From positions 104,594,001 through 104,658,000 of the forward strand of contig OZ024744.1 of NCBI GenBank assembly GCA_964016885.1: a DNA stretch of 64,000 nt. The letters are read 5' to 3'. The notes beneath the pieces were generated by a model. The model was given only the letters and a program-made list of their open reading frames with translations. It was not told the origin of the DNA and did no database searches. A program made the translations under genes and the position numbers. The stretch is from Eledone cirrhosa (lineage: Eukaryota). Within the stretch, counting starts at the first letter, position 1. The number at the start of each line of letters is the position of its first letter. Shown here piece after piece: positions 39,744 to 53,150 of this stretch.

Positions 39744-40129
39744 AAACATCTGTTCAGTCGTCAACTAAATTACTTGTCGTCTGCTTTGTTTGAAATTTCT
39801 TTACGTATATTTCTATTAAATTGTTGCCTCGTTTTGGAGGACTGAATTGTGGGAGGAGGAAGAGGAGTAGTGGGAGGGAGGGTTTAACATACAGTTTTAT
39901 CTCCTCTTCCCCCTCTCTGACTGAAACGTCTTCTCTTTCCTACTCCATTGTAAAGATGTCCCCCAGGGGTTCCATTATTGATATTTATTGATATCCAATT
40001 AGCCAGTTCTGTTTCTGACTATTAGCTTAATATGTATGTAAAGTTTCATCAAGATCAGATCACCAGTGAAGGCGCCAACTGGTTACACACACAGGCAGGC
40101 AGACAGAAATTGTCATTTATGTAGTAGAT
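36087..40129. mobile_element. Helitron/Helentron-like relic split by an RTE insertion
   Basis: One end is actagc..cccgg..cccagg (hairpin); the other is aagtttcatcaagatc..cagacaga..tttatgtagtagat. Weak Pif1-like EIIT..GTVL.P.I..PFE..KQF at about 36420-36510. Confidence 0.45.
36932..39648 (-). mobile_element. 5'-truncated RTE LINE (RT domain in three frameshifted ORFs, 3' UTR, (gat)n tail)
   Basis: ORFs 38577-39551, 38032-38391 (LYADD) and 37295-38038 (FRYLG, RRLRWYGHV, GRPRKTW). Confidence 0.93.
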
Positions 40130-40242
40130 TATTTGTGCATATATCTATATTTTAATGTGGAATATTTATGTAATTAATTATTGGATATATTATTTGTGCA
40201 TATATTTTCATTCTATAAGAATTATAAATAATTTGTAATGTT

Positions 40243-40640
40243 CATCATCATCATCGTTGATTAACGCCTATCTTCCACACTAGCATGGGTTAGACGGGTT
40301 TGTCCCATTTAGAGGCAAGTTGGGTCGGGTGACTGTGTCTCGCTCATATAGGAGAATTCTGGCTGGATGCCCTTCCTAACGCCAACCACATTTACAGTGC
40401 GGGCTGGGTGCTTTTTGTTGTGACACCTACACAATCACTTTACAGTGTGGACTGGGCACCTTTGTTGTGTCACCGACACAACACAGCGGGACTAGGGAGG
40501 GTGGAGGGACTTAGGGGAACGAAATGTGGTCAGGGTAGTAGGGGAGGTATGGTTACTGCTGAGGGAGGTGAGTGAGAGGGGATAGACGGTTGAGGATGGT
40601 GCTGCCTACTAGGTATAAGCCTCATCCCGAGAATAATAGA
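40243..40640 (-). mobile_element. RTE 3'-UTR/SINE-like fragment
   Basis: gctggatgcccttcctaacgccaacc core and (cat)n tail. Confidence 0.75.
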
Positions 40641-40738
40641 GGGCGGGTATTCCGTAAAACTACACAGTTATTTATACAATTGTAAATAATATATGATAAT
40701 GTCTTAAATAAAATACACTTGATGTAATCCTTTCTTAC

Positions 40739-41115
40739 CTTGTAAAGTCACCCCAGCCAGAATCTACTAATGTATTATTAGCTGCACCAGATGCATTATT
40801 TAAAGGAGATAGAATTTTGCTAGATGAATCAGTTCTGCTAGCAGTTGTGTCTGCTGCAAATTTGGTGTTTGTGCTCAAATCACACAACAAATCGTCAATG
40901 GAAGAGACAGGTGATGTCATATTATTTGGAATGTTTTCATGACTTCCTTGATTGGCTGTTACTTTTGTATGATTTACTGAGCTTGATGTTTGATGATTAC
41001 CACCACCAGGTGGAGGCATTATTTTCATATTAGGACCTGGGGGTGGTGGCAGCAATCCTCCTGCAGTACCTTGTCCTTTTGAGCGTTGTTTAGACCCACT
41101 TTCGTTGCGTTTTAC
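40739..41115 (-). CDS. NECAP: NECAP penultimate coding exon (VKRNESGSKQRSKGQGTAGGLLPPPPG...IDDLLCDL...SGWGDFT)
   Basis: Acceptor tattttag at 41116-41123 and donor AG|gtaaga at 40738. The GLLPPPPG, DLL and WGDF (gamma-ear-binding) motifs appear in NECAP order. Confidence 0.9.
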
Positions 41116-42166
41116 CTAAAATAAAAGAGTAAAAATGTTTTATCAACACATTTTCTTCACCTTGAAAAAAACCGTTTTTGCATGAAGAATATTAAAATAA
41201 ACAGTCATGTCATTTTCAATGGTTGCATATCCAAAATAATATATAAGATAAAGAAGGTTTTAAAACATTGCATTAATCATATGTCAATAATATTAGCTGA
41301 GTATGGGGGTTGTATGTGTTCCTCTTAGCTATTTCAAAACTGTATTTCTAATGAGATACACTCTATTTCAATTAATTAAAGAATATTGAGCAAATTACCA
41401 AAATGATTAACCTTAACTATAATAAAGAAATGAGTGTGGGATTGCGTCCAGAATATATTTTTTTACCTCGTTTGTAAAATAAATTGGATTACTTTGGATA
41501 AATAATGAATGAATATTACATAATTTATCTGCTAAATTTCATGGCTGTTGATTAAATATATTTTATAGCTTATTTAAAGATCTTTAAAATTTTCAAATGT
41601 CAACACTTCCGGTTAGCGGCCGTTATATTATATAAATATCGCATATATTTCCATCGCTAATTTTCTCCTAATGCAGTTTATATATAATATCATCTTTTTT
41701 AATGTCTCATGGATTATGTTACTGATTACATAAGACAGTGTAACACAGTCTTCATTCATTTTTCGGTTTATATTGTCAATTACGATTTTATTTGATGTAT
41801 CATATCTACATGCATATATATTTGTGTATAATATCAATATACACACTACACATGCTAGCAGAAAAACCACCCATGGGGTGCTTTTTCTGCTAGTTATTAT
41901 AATACAAAGTTTTTGCTATCAAGCAAAGAATTTTAACTATAAAATAGTTGAAATAGATTGGGGCATAGTCCTGGGGGTAGAAAAAGGTGGATAAGAGTGG
42001 TTTTGATTAAGTTGGTATCAAAAGAAGGTTTAAAATGGGTGGTTTGAACCAAGGTGGTATAGAAAATGTTAAGAGAAAGGAGTAGCTGGAGCTGAAAGTG
42101 AGAGAGTTGCAGTGGATTAAAATACAGAGAGGAAACCAGAAAGGAGATGTTACTATTAATCATTTC

Positions 42167-45100
42167 AATACTAAACTGTCTGAAACTGCCCCTGGTACTA
42201 AACTGTCTAAAACTGACCCTGGTACTAAACTGTCTGAAACTGCCCCTGGTACTAAACTGTCTAAAACTGACCCTGGTACTAAACTGTCTGAAACTGCCCC
42301 TGGTACTAAACTGTCTAAAACTGCCCCTGATACTAAACTGTCTGAAACTGCCCCTGGTACTAAACTGTCTAAAACTGCCCCTGGTACTAAACTGTCTGAA
42401 ACTGCCCCTGGTACTAAACTGTCTGAAACTGCCCCTGGTACTAAACTGTCTGAAACTGCCCCTGGTAGTAAACTGTCTGAAACTGCCCCTGGTACTAAAC
42501 TGTCTGAAACTGCCCCTGGTACTAAACTGTCTGAAACTGCCCCTGGTACTAAACTGTCTAAAACTGCCCCTGGTACTAAACTGTCTAAAACTGCCCCTGG
42601 TACTAAACTGTCTAAAACTGCCCCTGGTACTAAACTGTCTGAAACTGCCCCTGGTACTAAACTGTCTAAAACTGCCCCTGGTACTAAACTGTCTGAAACT
42701 GCCCCTGGTACTAAACTGTCTGAAACTGCCCCTGGTACTAAACTGTCTAAAACTGCCCCTGATACTAAACTGTCTGAAACTGCCCCTGGTACTAAACTGT
42801 CTGAAACTGCCCCTGGTACTTAACTGTCTGAAACTGCCCCGGTACTAAACTGTCTAAAACTGCCCCTGGTACTAAACTGTCTAAAACTGCCCCTGGTACT
42901 AAACTGTCTAAAACTGCCCCTGGTACTAAACTGTCTGAAACTGCCCCTGGTACTAAACTGTCTGAAACTGCCCCTGGTACTAAACTGTCTAAAACTGCCC
43001 CTGGTACTAAACTGTCTAAAACTGACCCTGGTACTAAACTGTCTGAAACTGCCCCTGGTACTAAACTGTCTAAAACTGCCCCTGATACTAAACTGTCTGA
43101 AACTGCCCCTGGTACTAAACTGTCTAAAACTGCCCCTGGTACTAAACTGTCTGAAACTGCCCCTGGTACTAAACTGTCTGAAACTGCCCCTGGTACTAAA
43201 CTGTCTAAAACTGCCCCTGGTACTAAACTGTCTGAAACTGCCCCTGGTACTAAACTGTCTGAAACTGCCCCTGGTACTAAACTGTCTGAAACTGCCCCTG
43301 GTACTAAACTGTCTGAAACTGACCCTGGTACTAAACTGTCTGAAACTGCCCCTGGTACTAAACTGTCTGAAACTGCCCCTGGTACTAAACTGTCTAAAAC
43401 TGCCCCTGGTACTAAACTGTCTAAAACTGACCCTGGTACTAAACTGTCTAAAACTGCCCCTGGTACTAAACTGTCTGAAACTGCCCCTGGTACTAAACTG
43501 TCTAAAACTGCCCCTGGTACTAAACTGTCTAAAACTGCCCCTGGTACTAAACTGTCTGAAACTGCCCCTGGTACTAAACTGTCTGAAACTGCCCCTGGTA
43601 CTAAACTGTCTAAAACTGCCCCTGGTACTAAACTGTCTAAAACTGCCCCTGGTACTAAACTGTCTAAAACTGCCCCTGGTACTAAACTGTCTGAAACTGC
43701 CCCTGGTACTAAACTGTCTGAAACTGCCCCTGGTACTAAACTGTCTAAAACTGCCCCTGGTACTAAACTGTCTGAAACTGCCCCTGGTACTAAACTGTCT
43801 AAAACTGCCCCTGGTACTAAACTGTCTGAAACTGCCCCTGGTACTAAACTGTCTAAAACTGCCCCTGGTACTAAACTGTCTAAAACTGCCCCTGGTACTT
43901 AACTGTCTAAAACTGACCCTGGTACTAAACTGTCTAAAACTGCCCCTGGTACTAAACTGTCTAAAACTGACCCTGGTACTAAACTGTCTAAAACTGCCCC
44001 TGGTACTAAACTGTCTGAAACTGCCCCTGGTACTTAACTGTCTAAAACTGACCCTGGTACTAAACTGTCTGAAACTGCCCCTGGTACTAAACTGTCTAAA
44101 ACTGACCCTGGTACTAAACTGTCTAAAACTGACCCTGGTACTAAACTGTCTAAAACTGACCCTGGTACTAAACTGTCTAAAACTGCCCCTGGTACTAAAC
44201 TGTCTGAAACTGACCCTGGTACTAAACTGTCTAAAACTGACCCTGGTACTAAACTGTCTGAAACTGCCCCTGGTACTAAACTGTCTAAAACTGACCCTGG
44301 TACTAAACTGTCTAAAACTGACCCTGGTACTAAACTGTCTAAAGCTGCCCCTGGTACTAAACTGTCTGAAACTGCCCCTGGTACTAAACTGTCTGAAACT
44401 GCCCCTGGTACTAAACTGTCTGAAACTGCCCCTGATACTAAACTGTCTAAAACTGCCCCTGGTACTAAACTGTCTAAAACTGCCCCTGGTACTAAACTGT
44501 CTGAAACTGCCCCTGGTACTAAACTGTCTGAAACTGCCCCTGGTACTAAACTGTCTGAAACTGCCCCTGGTACTAAACTGTCTAAAACTGCCCCTGGTAC
44601 TAAACTGTCTAAAACTGCCCCTGGTACTAAACTGTCTGAAACTGCCCCTGGTACTAAACTGTCTGAAACTGCCCCTGGTACTAAACTGTCTGAAACTGCC
44701 CCTGGTACTAAACTGTCTAAAACTGCCCCTGGTACTAAACTGTCTAAAACTGCCCCTGGTACTAAACTGTCTGAAACTGCTCCTGGTACTAAACTGTCTG
44801 AAACTGCCCCTGGTACTAAACTGTCTAAAACTGCCCCTGGTACTAAACTGTCTAAAACTGCCCCTGGTACTAAACTGTCTAAAACTGCCCCTGGTACTAA
44901 ACTGTCTGAAACTGCCCCTGGTACTAAACTGTCTGAAACTGCCCCTGGTACTAAACTGTCTAAAACTGCCCCTGGTACTAAACTGTCTGAAACTGCCCCT
45001 GGTACTAAACTGTCTAAAACTGCCCCTGGTACTAAACTGTCTGAAACTGCCCCTGGTACTAAACTGTCTAAAACTGCCCCTGGTACTAAACTTTCTAAAA

Positions 45101-47600
45101 CTGCCCCTGGTACTAAACTGTCTGAAACTGCCCCTGGTACTAAACTGTCTAAAACTGACCCTGGTACTAAACTGTCTAAAACTGACCCTGGTACTAAACT
45201 GTCTAAAGCTGCCCCTGGTACTAAACTGTCTGAAACTGCCCCTGGTACTAAACTGTCTGAAACTGCCCCTGGTACTAAACTGTCTGAAACTGCCCCTGAT
45301 ACTAAACTGTCTAAAACTGCCCCTGGTACTAAACTGTCTAAAACTGCCCCTGGTACTAAACTGTCTGAAACTGCCCCTGGTACTAAACTGTCTGAAACTG
45401 CCCCTGGTACTAAACTGTCTGAAACTGCCCCTGGTACTAAACTGTCTAAAACTGCCCCTGGTACTAAACTGTCTAAAACTGCCCCTGGTACTAAACTGTC
45501 TGAAACTGCCCCTGGTACTAAACTGTCTGAAACTGCCCCTGGTACTAAACTGTCTGAAACTGCCCCTGGTACTAAACTGTCTAAAACTGCCCCTGGTACT
45601 AAACTGTCTAAAACTGCCCCTGGTACTAAACTGTCTGAAACTGCTCCTGGTACTAAACTGTCTGAAACTGCCCCTGGTACTAAACTGTCTAAAACTGCCC
45701 CTGGTACTAAACTGTCTAAAACTGCCCCTGGTACTAAACTGTCTAAAACTGCCCCTGGTACTAAACTGTCTGAAACTGCCCCTGGTACTAAACTGTCTGA
45801 AACTGCCCCTGGTACTAAACTGTCTAAAACTGCCCCTGGTACTAAACTGTCTGAAACTGCCCCTGGTACTAAACTGTCTAAAACTGCCCCTGGTACTAAA
45901 CTGTCTGAAACTGCCCCTGGTACTAAACTGTCTAAAACTGCCCCTGGTACTAAACTTTCTAAAACTGCCCCTGGTACTAAACTTTCTAAAACTGCCCCTG
46001 GTACTTAACTCTCTAAAACTGACCCTGGTACTAAACTGTCTAAAACTGCCCCTGGTACTAAACTGTCTAAAACTGACCCTGGTACTAAACTGTCTAAAAC
46101 TGCCCCTGGTACTAAACTGTCTGAAACTGCCCCTGGTACTTAACTGTCTAAAACTGACCCTGGTACTAAACTGTCTGAAACTGCCCCTGGTACTAAACTG
46201 TCTAAAACTGACCCTGGTACTAAACTGTCTAAAACTGACCCTGGTACTAAACTGTCTAAAACTGACCCTGGTACTAAACTGTCTAAAACTGCCCCTGGTA
46301 CTAAACTGTCTGAAACTGACCCTGGTACTAAACTGTCTAAAACTGACCCTGGTACTAAACTGTCTGAAACTGCCCCTGGTACTAAATTGTCTAAAACTGA
46401 CCCTGGTACTAAACTGTCTAAAACTGACCCTGGTACTAAACTGTCTAAAACTGCCCCTGGTACTAAACTGTCTGAAACTGCCCCTGGTACTAAACTGTCT
46501 AAAACTGCCCCTGGTACTTAACTGTCTAAAACTGACCCTGGTACTAAACTGTCTAAAACTGCCCCTGGTACTAAACTGTCTAAAACTGCCCCTGGTACTA
46601 AACTGTCTAAAACTGCCCCTGGTACTAAACTGTCTAAAACTGCCCCTGGTACTAAACTGTCTGAAACTGCCCCTGATACTAAACTGTCTAAAACTGCCCC
46701 TGGTACTAAACTGTCTAAAACTGCCCCTGGTACTAAACTGTCTAAAACTGCCCCTGGTACTAAACTGTCTGAAACTGCCCCTGGTACTAAACTGTCTGAA
46801 ACTGCCCCTGGTACTAAACTGTCTAAAACTGCCCCTGGTACTAAACTGTCTGAAACTGACCCTGGTACTAAACTGTCTAAAACTGCCCCTGGTACTAAAC
46901 TGTCTAAAACTGCCCCTGGTACTAAACTGTCTAAAACTGCCCCTGGTACTAAACTGTCTGAAACTGTCTAAAACTGCCCCTGGTACTAAACTGTCTAAAA
47001 CTGACCCTGGTACTAAACTGTCTAAAACTGCCCCTGGTACTAAACTGTCTGAAACTGCCCCTGGTACTAAACTGTCTGAAACTGCCCCTGGTACTAAACT
47101 GTCTGAAACTGCCCCTGGTACTAAACTGTCTGAAACTGCCCCTGGTACTAAACTGTCTGAAACTGCCCCTGGTACTAAACTGTCTAAAACTGCCCCTGGT
47201 ACTAAACTGTATGAAACTGTCTAAAACTGACCCTGGTACTAAACTGTCTAAAACTGACCCTGGTACTAAATTGTCTAAATCTGCCCCTGGTACTAAATTG
47301 TCTAAAACTGCCCCTGATACTAAACTGTCTGAACTGTCTCTGGTACTAAGCTGTCTGAAACTGTCTTTGGTACTAAACTGTCTGAAACTATCCCTGGTAC
47401 TAAACTGTCTGAAACTATCCCTGGTACTAAACTGTCTGAAACTATCCCTGGTACTAAACTGTCTGAAACTATCCCTGGTACTAAACTGTCTCTGGTACTA
47501 AACTGTCTGAAACTGTCTCTGGTACTAAACTGTCTGAAACTGTCTGTGGTACTAAACTGTCTGAAACTGCCCCTGGTACTAAACTATCTAAAACTGTCTC
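42167..47600. repeat. 27-bp minisatellite (about 200 units) in a NECAP intron
   Basis: Unit ggtactaaactgtctgaaactgcccct. Confidence 0.97.
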
Positions 47601-48044
47601 TTATCGACCCCGTAAAGGTGAAAGGTAAAATAATAATAATAATTATCACTGTCTACATTTTATGTCAACGTTCCAAGTTGGAATATGTTGGATGAGCTGT
47701 CAATGTCTGAGACCAGATGGGTAGGAGCAACTTCATTTTGCTCATACATTCCATATTTGGCAGGGTTACTACATCTGGACGCCCTAAACATTAGGACAAC
47801 ACAGGACAAAAACAGAGTGTGGAGTGGGGTGTATGTACACAGGTATAACTATAATAAAAGAAAAGTAATGATAAAAAAAAAAAAAAATGGGAATTCCTCA
47901 ATAGGGAGGAGAAATTCAAGTGCTGGAAAACCCCCATAAAACCATTGGTGCCCTGATCTCTAGGGCAAGTGGTGATAAAGGAACATCCACAACTAATCTC
48001 AGCAGATATTATTATTTTTTAAAATTTTATTATTATTATTATAT

Positions 48045-48535
48045 GAATTTGACCAGAAATGTGCCTTAATCAACACCAAGCCGCTACCTGCAGCCCCAGA
48101 CATTCAGCACGTATCGTAGGGTCCCGGCTGTTCCCAGTAGGCATGCCTTTTGGAGTGTTCCAAAAAAGGGGGCTGGACTAATGTTCTTTAACCATCCTTG
48201 GAAACTCTTTGAGATAGTACCTAGTGCTCCTATGACAATCGGAACGACCTTGATCTCATGACAGTCCCAAATCCTTTTCAGTTCCGACTTTAAATCCTGG
48301 TACCAGTTAACTTTCTCCTTCTCCTTTTTCTTGCACTCTTGTGTCAAAGGGTCAGGCTACATCTACAATCAAGCAAGATTTTTTTTCTTGTCAAAAACCA
48401 CCAGGTCAGGTCTATTGAGTTCTAATTCTTTGTTCATTTGTATCCTGAAATCCCACAGCACCTTCACCTGATCTTTTTCTATCATCAACTCTGGCTTATA
48501 CTCATACCACTTCTCAGAGTGGGGTAAATCATTCA
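48045..48535 (-). mobile_element. R4/Dong-clade non-LTR retrotransposon 3' end
   Basis: WDFRIQ, RPDLVV, VVPIVIGALG and LQKACLLGTA motifs. Flanked by (att)n-like tracts. Confidence 0.85.
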
Positions 48536-49252
48536 GTTATCGCTGTTGTTATTTTTATTGTTATCATTATTAAATAGGTCATAATAACCTCATTATTATT
48601 TTATGTCCTCCACACAAGAAATTGACAATACACACAGAGGCAATTGTCTCGAGATGGTATTGGAGTTGGAAAGGAGAGTACAGTGATGATACAAGAACTG
48701 GAGAGGAAACGAAGATATGGCAAAAGTATTTTACTGGAAGACCAGCGTTGAGAAGTTTGAGGAGGAAGTGGGTGAATTTCAAACTCATGAAGGCACACAC
48801 ATACATACAATTGTAAAAAGGCATATTTATATAGAGATATAAGCTAATCAAATAGGTAAAAGTATAGATATAAAGCAGAAAAATCTATATTGTGCAAAAG
48901 TAACATATTGTTGGTAAATTTTTACTTTCCTTCAACAGTTTTCTTTTATAAATAACTTTTTACCAACAATTAAAAAAAACAACTATTTGTTTCTGAATAT
49001 TATTTTTTCTACAAAAGAAAAGGAAGAAATTGACGACACACAGACAGAGAGGTAATTGTCTCCAGGATCAACTGGGATGTTGTAGATTTGTGGTTAGATC
49101 CACAATACCATGCCAAGATGGTATGGGACTTGGAACAGAGAATAAAGGGATGATACAAGAACTGAAGGGGAAAATATTAGTTACACCTTTCTAAATATTT
49201 ATATTAATTTTTTCTACAAAAGAAAAGAAATGGATTAATTATTTGCTGTTAA

Positions 49253-49462
49253 CCCTTTAGCATTCACATTACTCTATATATACTATTGTGTTTCATGGTA
49301 AAGGTTTTACCTCACATAACATTGAATCTATGAGATTTTGATGATGGTATTTATTTTGAGAACAATACTTTAACATCAGTATGAGCAGCCAGTTACAGCC
49401 AATTTGAATAGAAAGAGGTGAGAGAATTCTGGCCGGATAAGGCCGGTTTAAATGCTAAAGGA
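49253..49462 (-). mobile_element. piggyBac-like TTAA MITE
   Basis: TTAA|ccctttagcatt...aatgctaaagga|TTAA. Confidence 0.85.
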
Positions 49463-50321
49463 TTAAGAAGTTGTTGATAAACAGTTTTGTTTACTTCTCG
49501 ACCACATCACATTGAAAAGAAACAATCAATTAAATGTTTGAAACAGTCAATTAAATGTTAAATTAACTTATTTCAAATACATAACATTTATTATTTTATA
49601 CAAAAGGGGAGACACTGTACAGATTTCCAACAAAAATCTTCTTCCTTGCATAAAATTACCAACAAGAAAAGATTATTCTTTTATTCTTTTACTGGTTTCA
49701 TTCACTGGATTAGGGGCCATACTGGGACAATGCTTATATATGTGTGTGTGTGTGTGTATATATATATACCAATAAGTTTACAAAGATTTAGAGCAAGTCT
49801 GAAAATTTGAAATATATTTGAGCTTACAATGAAAAATTGTCACAATTGATATAATTAATGACTATAAAATAGCAGATGTCAGAAAATTATTTGACCACCA
49901 ATATCATAGATCAAGTTAACTGGAGATATGCCATAATACAAACTGCTTGATCACCGGTACAAACACTGTGACACTGAGAGTAATGGGGGTAAGTGACTAG
50001 AGGCTACAGTGTTTGGTAACCAGAGACAATATAGGATTTAACAAAATCTGGACGATCATGAGACAACCTTGTTAGGCTCCACAATAAAACGCACCCCATC
50101 CAGTTAATTGGAAGTGGTTGTGCGACTAAAATGCACCCAGCATGCCCCGTAAGGTGGTTGGTTTTAACAAGGGCATCCTACTGCAAAACCCATGCCAAAT
50201 ATGGAACGCATAAGTAACATGTGGTCATCTGAGCAGACTTGGTTCAGACCATGACAACACATCTAACCCAGCATGGAAAACAGATGTAAAAATGATGATG
50301 ATGATGATGATACTACCTACC

Positions 50322-50375
<54 letters not shown>

Positions 50376-50554
50376 GGTAGGTGTGTAACAATAGTTACAG
50401 GTTGTTCACCAGTTAGAGCACTCAATGCAGGTCTGTCACATGTAGGGTTTCTACCTCCATGTAGCTAAGGGGACCAAGGGCAGCTGTAACCTGCAGCGTA
50501 TAAATAAGTCAGCAGGAACAAAGTCTCAAGGTTGTATCATATACAAACTTCATT

Positions 50555-50646
50555 CACATGTAACAATTGTTTCAATATTGATCAGCTGAAGGTGTGATCA
50601 TGATGACCAGAGCCCAACTCTGCATCGACAGCTCATCAGATATGTG
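50555..50646 (-). ncRNA. Hammerhead-like motif within inverted repeat 50511-50779
   Basis: Minus strand: cacatat-CTGATGA-...-GAA-ACAATTGT-T-acatgtg. The partner arm retains acaattgtC. Confidence 0.55.
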
Positions 50647-50783
50647 GGTCTATATGTGCAGAATACATTCAACTTCAATGCGGTCATTATGATCACATCT
50701 TGAGCTGGTCTATATCAAAACAATTGTCATAAGTGAATCAAGCTTGTATATGACACAACCTTGAGACTTTGTTCCTGCTTATT

Positions 50784-50827
<44 letters not shown>

Positions 50828-51521
50828 TGAATAAAAAATATGGGTGAAGACATGAAAATGAACCAATACAGACATTAGTCCCATCTCATCAGTTGACTGC
50901 TAGAGATATGTTGTTTTGATGCTTTAAGGTCAATACAACTGGCTTGAGAGCACATGGGGCAACATATACATTAAAGGGATATTTTGGTCAATGGCTCAGC
51001 TTAAACTGAATGCTACTGAAATAGTTTAAGCTTAGCCGCTAAGGTAAAAATACTGTGAAAATGGTGCTGTACATGAAATCCAAATCATCGCTTTGCTACG
51101 CATTTCCAATATTTTTAATGCTTATATTATTTCTCCACGCACAGGCTATAACATTCATATAAAGGATTCATTACCAGTTCAACCCCCTTAACACTCTTGA
51201 TCACCCGTTTAAGTGCTTCTATTACATGTAACACTCTGCCGCACTATAGCATTATATAAACAAGACGCACGTGCTTGCCACACGTGTAACTATTGCACTC
51301 AATAACTGTTTATGACTATCCTATCGCATTAATTTCATGTTGTATTTTAACCTGTATTTTTGATTTTGTCCTCTTTTAATATGAATGTAATCTCTAAATG
51401 TACACTGCCACACTAAATGCTGTAATGGATGTCGACCCACCAAGCAACAATGTTTGCATATGTATCTGTATGTCTCTTGGGTTGAAAAGGAGGTCATATA
51501 AGTGTTCATTCATTAATAAAT

Positions 51522-51568
51522 TGCTCCGAAGAATCCAAACCTTGGTTTGGAGGAAACAATTGTAAGCG
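51522..51568 (+). ncRNA. Minimal hammerhead motif (CCGAAGA core variant)
   Basis: tgct-CCGAAGA-a tccaaac cttg gtttgga g-GAA-ACAATTGT-A-agcg. Confidence 0.6.
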
Positions 51569-51882
51569 TATAAATGTTTTGAACAGATCTTTGATTCTTA
51601 TAACTTATATATAACTGCTCTGTAAAACATCTGATGTTATTACATTGAGCTATTTAACTTACTGGTAATAAGGTAGTAATATATTACTGCCTATCACTAT
51701 TTAGGGTTTGTAAAAATATATATAACTACAAAAGGTTTTTGTATTTGCATAACCATAAATAGTGTCCTTAATACTATCATAAAATATCTACATTCTACTT
51801 TTTTTAAGTATAGAACACTAACTTGAATAATGGTCTTATAGGTCATAACTAGTAATATCTCCCCTCCCCTTTCTCTGTGTAA

Positions 51883-51914
<32 letters not shown>

Positions 51915-53150
51915 CATCATCATCATCGTTTAACATCTATCTTCGACACTAGCATGGGTTAGATAGGAATTGTCCCACTTGAGGCAAGATTGGTCGGGTT
52001 ACCATGTCTCGTTTGTATAGAATTGTTTCTGCCAGGTTTTCTACGGTTGGATGCCCTTCCTAACACCAACCACATTTACAGTGTGGACTGGGAGCTTTTT
52101 ACCGTGTCTCCTGCATGACCACTTTACTGTGTGTTTTTTTGTGGTGAGCAGTTTTTGCCGTGTGACCATCACAACCACTTTACAGTGTGTGCTCGGGGCT
52201 TCGCTGGATGTATACTTCAGCTTGTCCTCATGGGAGATGTATGGAAATGGGTGGGGTGGCACATACTATATATATATATATATATGCTTCAGTTTCGGCC
52301 TGTGCCCGTGGGAATTCGGGTCTTCTGCATTACTGCATAATGCCAGAGATCTCGTCTTGAAAGGTGCAATAGGGTAAGGTCAGATTTTATTCCTGGGACT
52401 CCCCACTCCATGGCTTTCCCCGACTGGGCACCCTGCACCTTTTTATAAATCTGCCATCCCTCATACGCATTACATGTCCATACCAACGTAATCTCCTCTC
52501 CTGCACACTGCATTTGATTCCTCTTATGTCCAGTTTCTCTCTCAATTAATTTATGCTTTGCTGTTCACATACATTACTATTACACATCCATCGGAGCATG
52601 CAAGCTTCATTCATTTCTAATCTACGCAAGTCTTCTGCACACAACGCTCAGGTTTCACTACAATGCAACATTGCTGTTCGTATGCACACATCATACAGTC
52701 TGCTTTTTATTTTGAGGGAAAAGCCTTTCAGAGCTAGCAGTGGTAGTAGCTCCCTGAACTTCTTCCATCCCGTTCTTATCCTGGTTACCGTACTTTCAGA
52801 ACACCCACCTCCACTGCTAATTTGGTCACCTAGGGAGCAGAAGCTGTCTCCTGTTTCTACCAAACCATCTCAGAATTTGGTAGTACTTGTTTCCTATGGC
52901 TGTTTGCTGCTTACTGTTTCGGTGCAACTGCTACATGTAAAACCTACATTCTTAAGACCCCTTCTTTCTAGGCCCTGCTTCCATGTTTAGAATTTCTTCT
53001 CTAGTTTCACCATAGATTCCGCTATGAGTGTAAGATCATCAGCATCAGAGGTTTCCATGGGTAGCCAGTCTTAAACTCCTCTGTTATAGCCTGTAGTATG
53101 ATAATAAACAGGAGAGGGCTAAGAATAGAGCCCTGGTGGACACCGACCTG
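51915..53150 (-). mobile_element. RTE LINE 3' fragment with 3' UTR and tail
   Basis: GDSFCSLGDQISSGGG...GWKKFRELLPLL...AMLHCSET; same 3' UTR as the other copies. Confidence 0.85.

Noticed and set aside
42098-42848. KLSETAPGT and LNCLKLPLV repeat proteins
   Set aside because: Intronic 27-bp minisatellite with frameshifts and no splice context.
48600-49170. Purine-rich duplicated segments as possible NECAP exons
   Set aside because: No NECAP-like translation; they look like a diverged local duplication.
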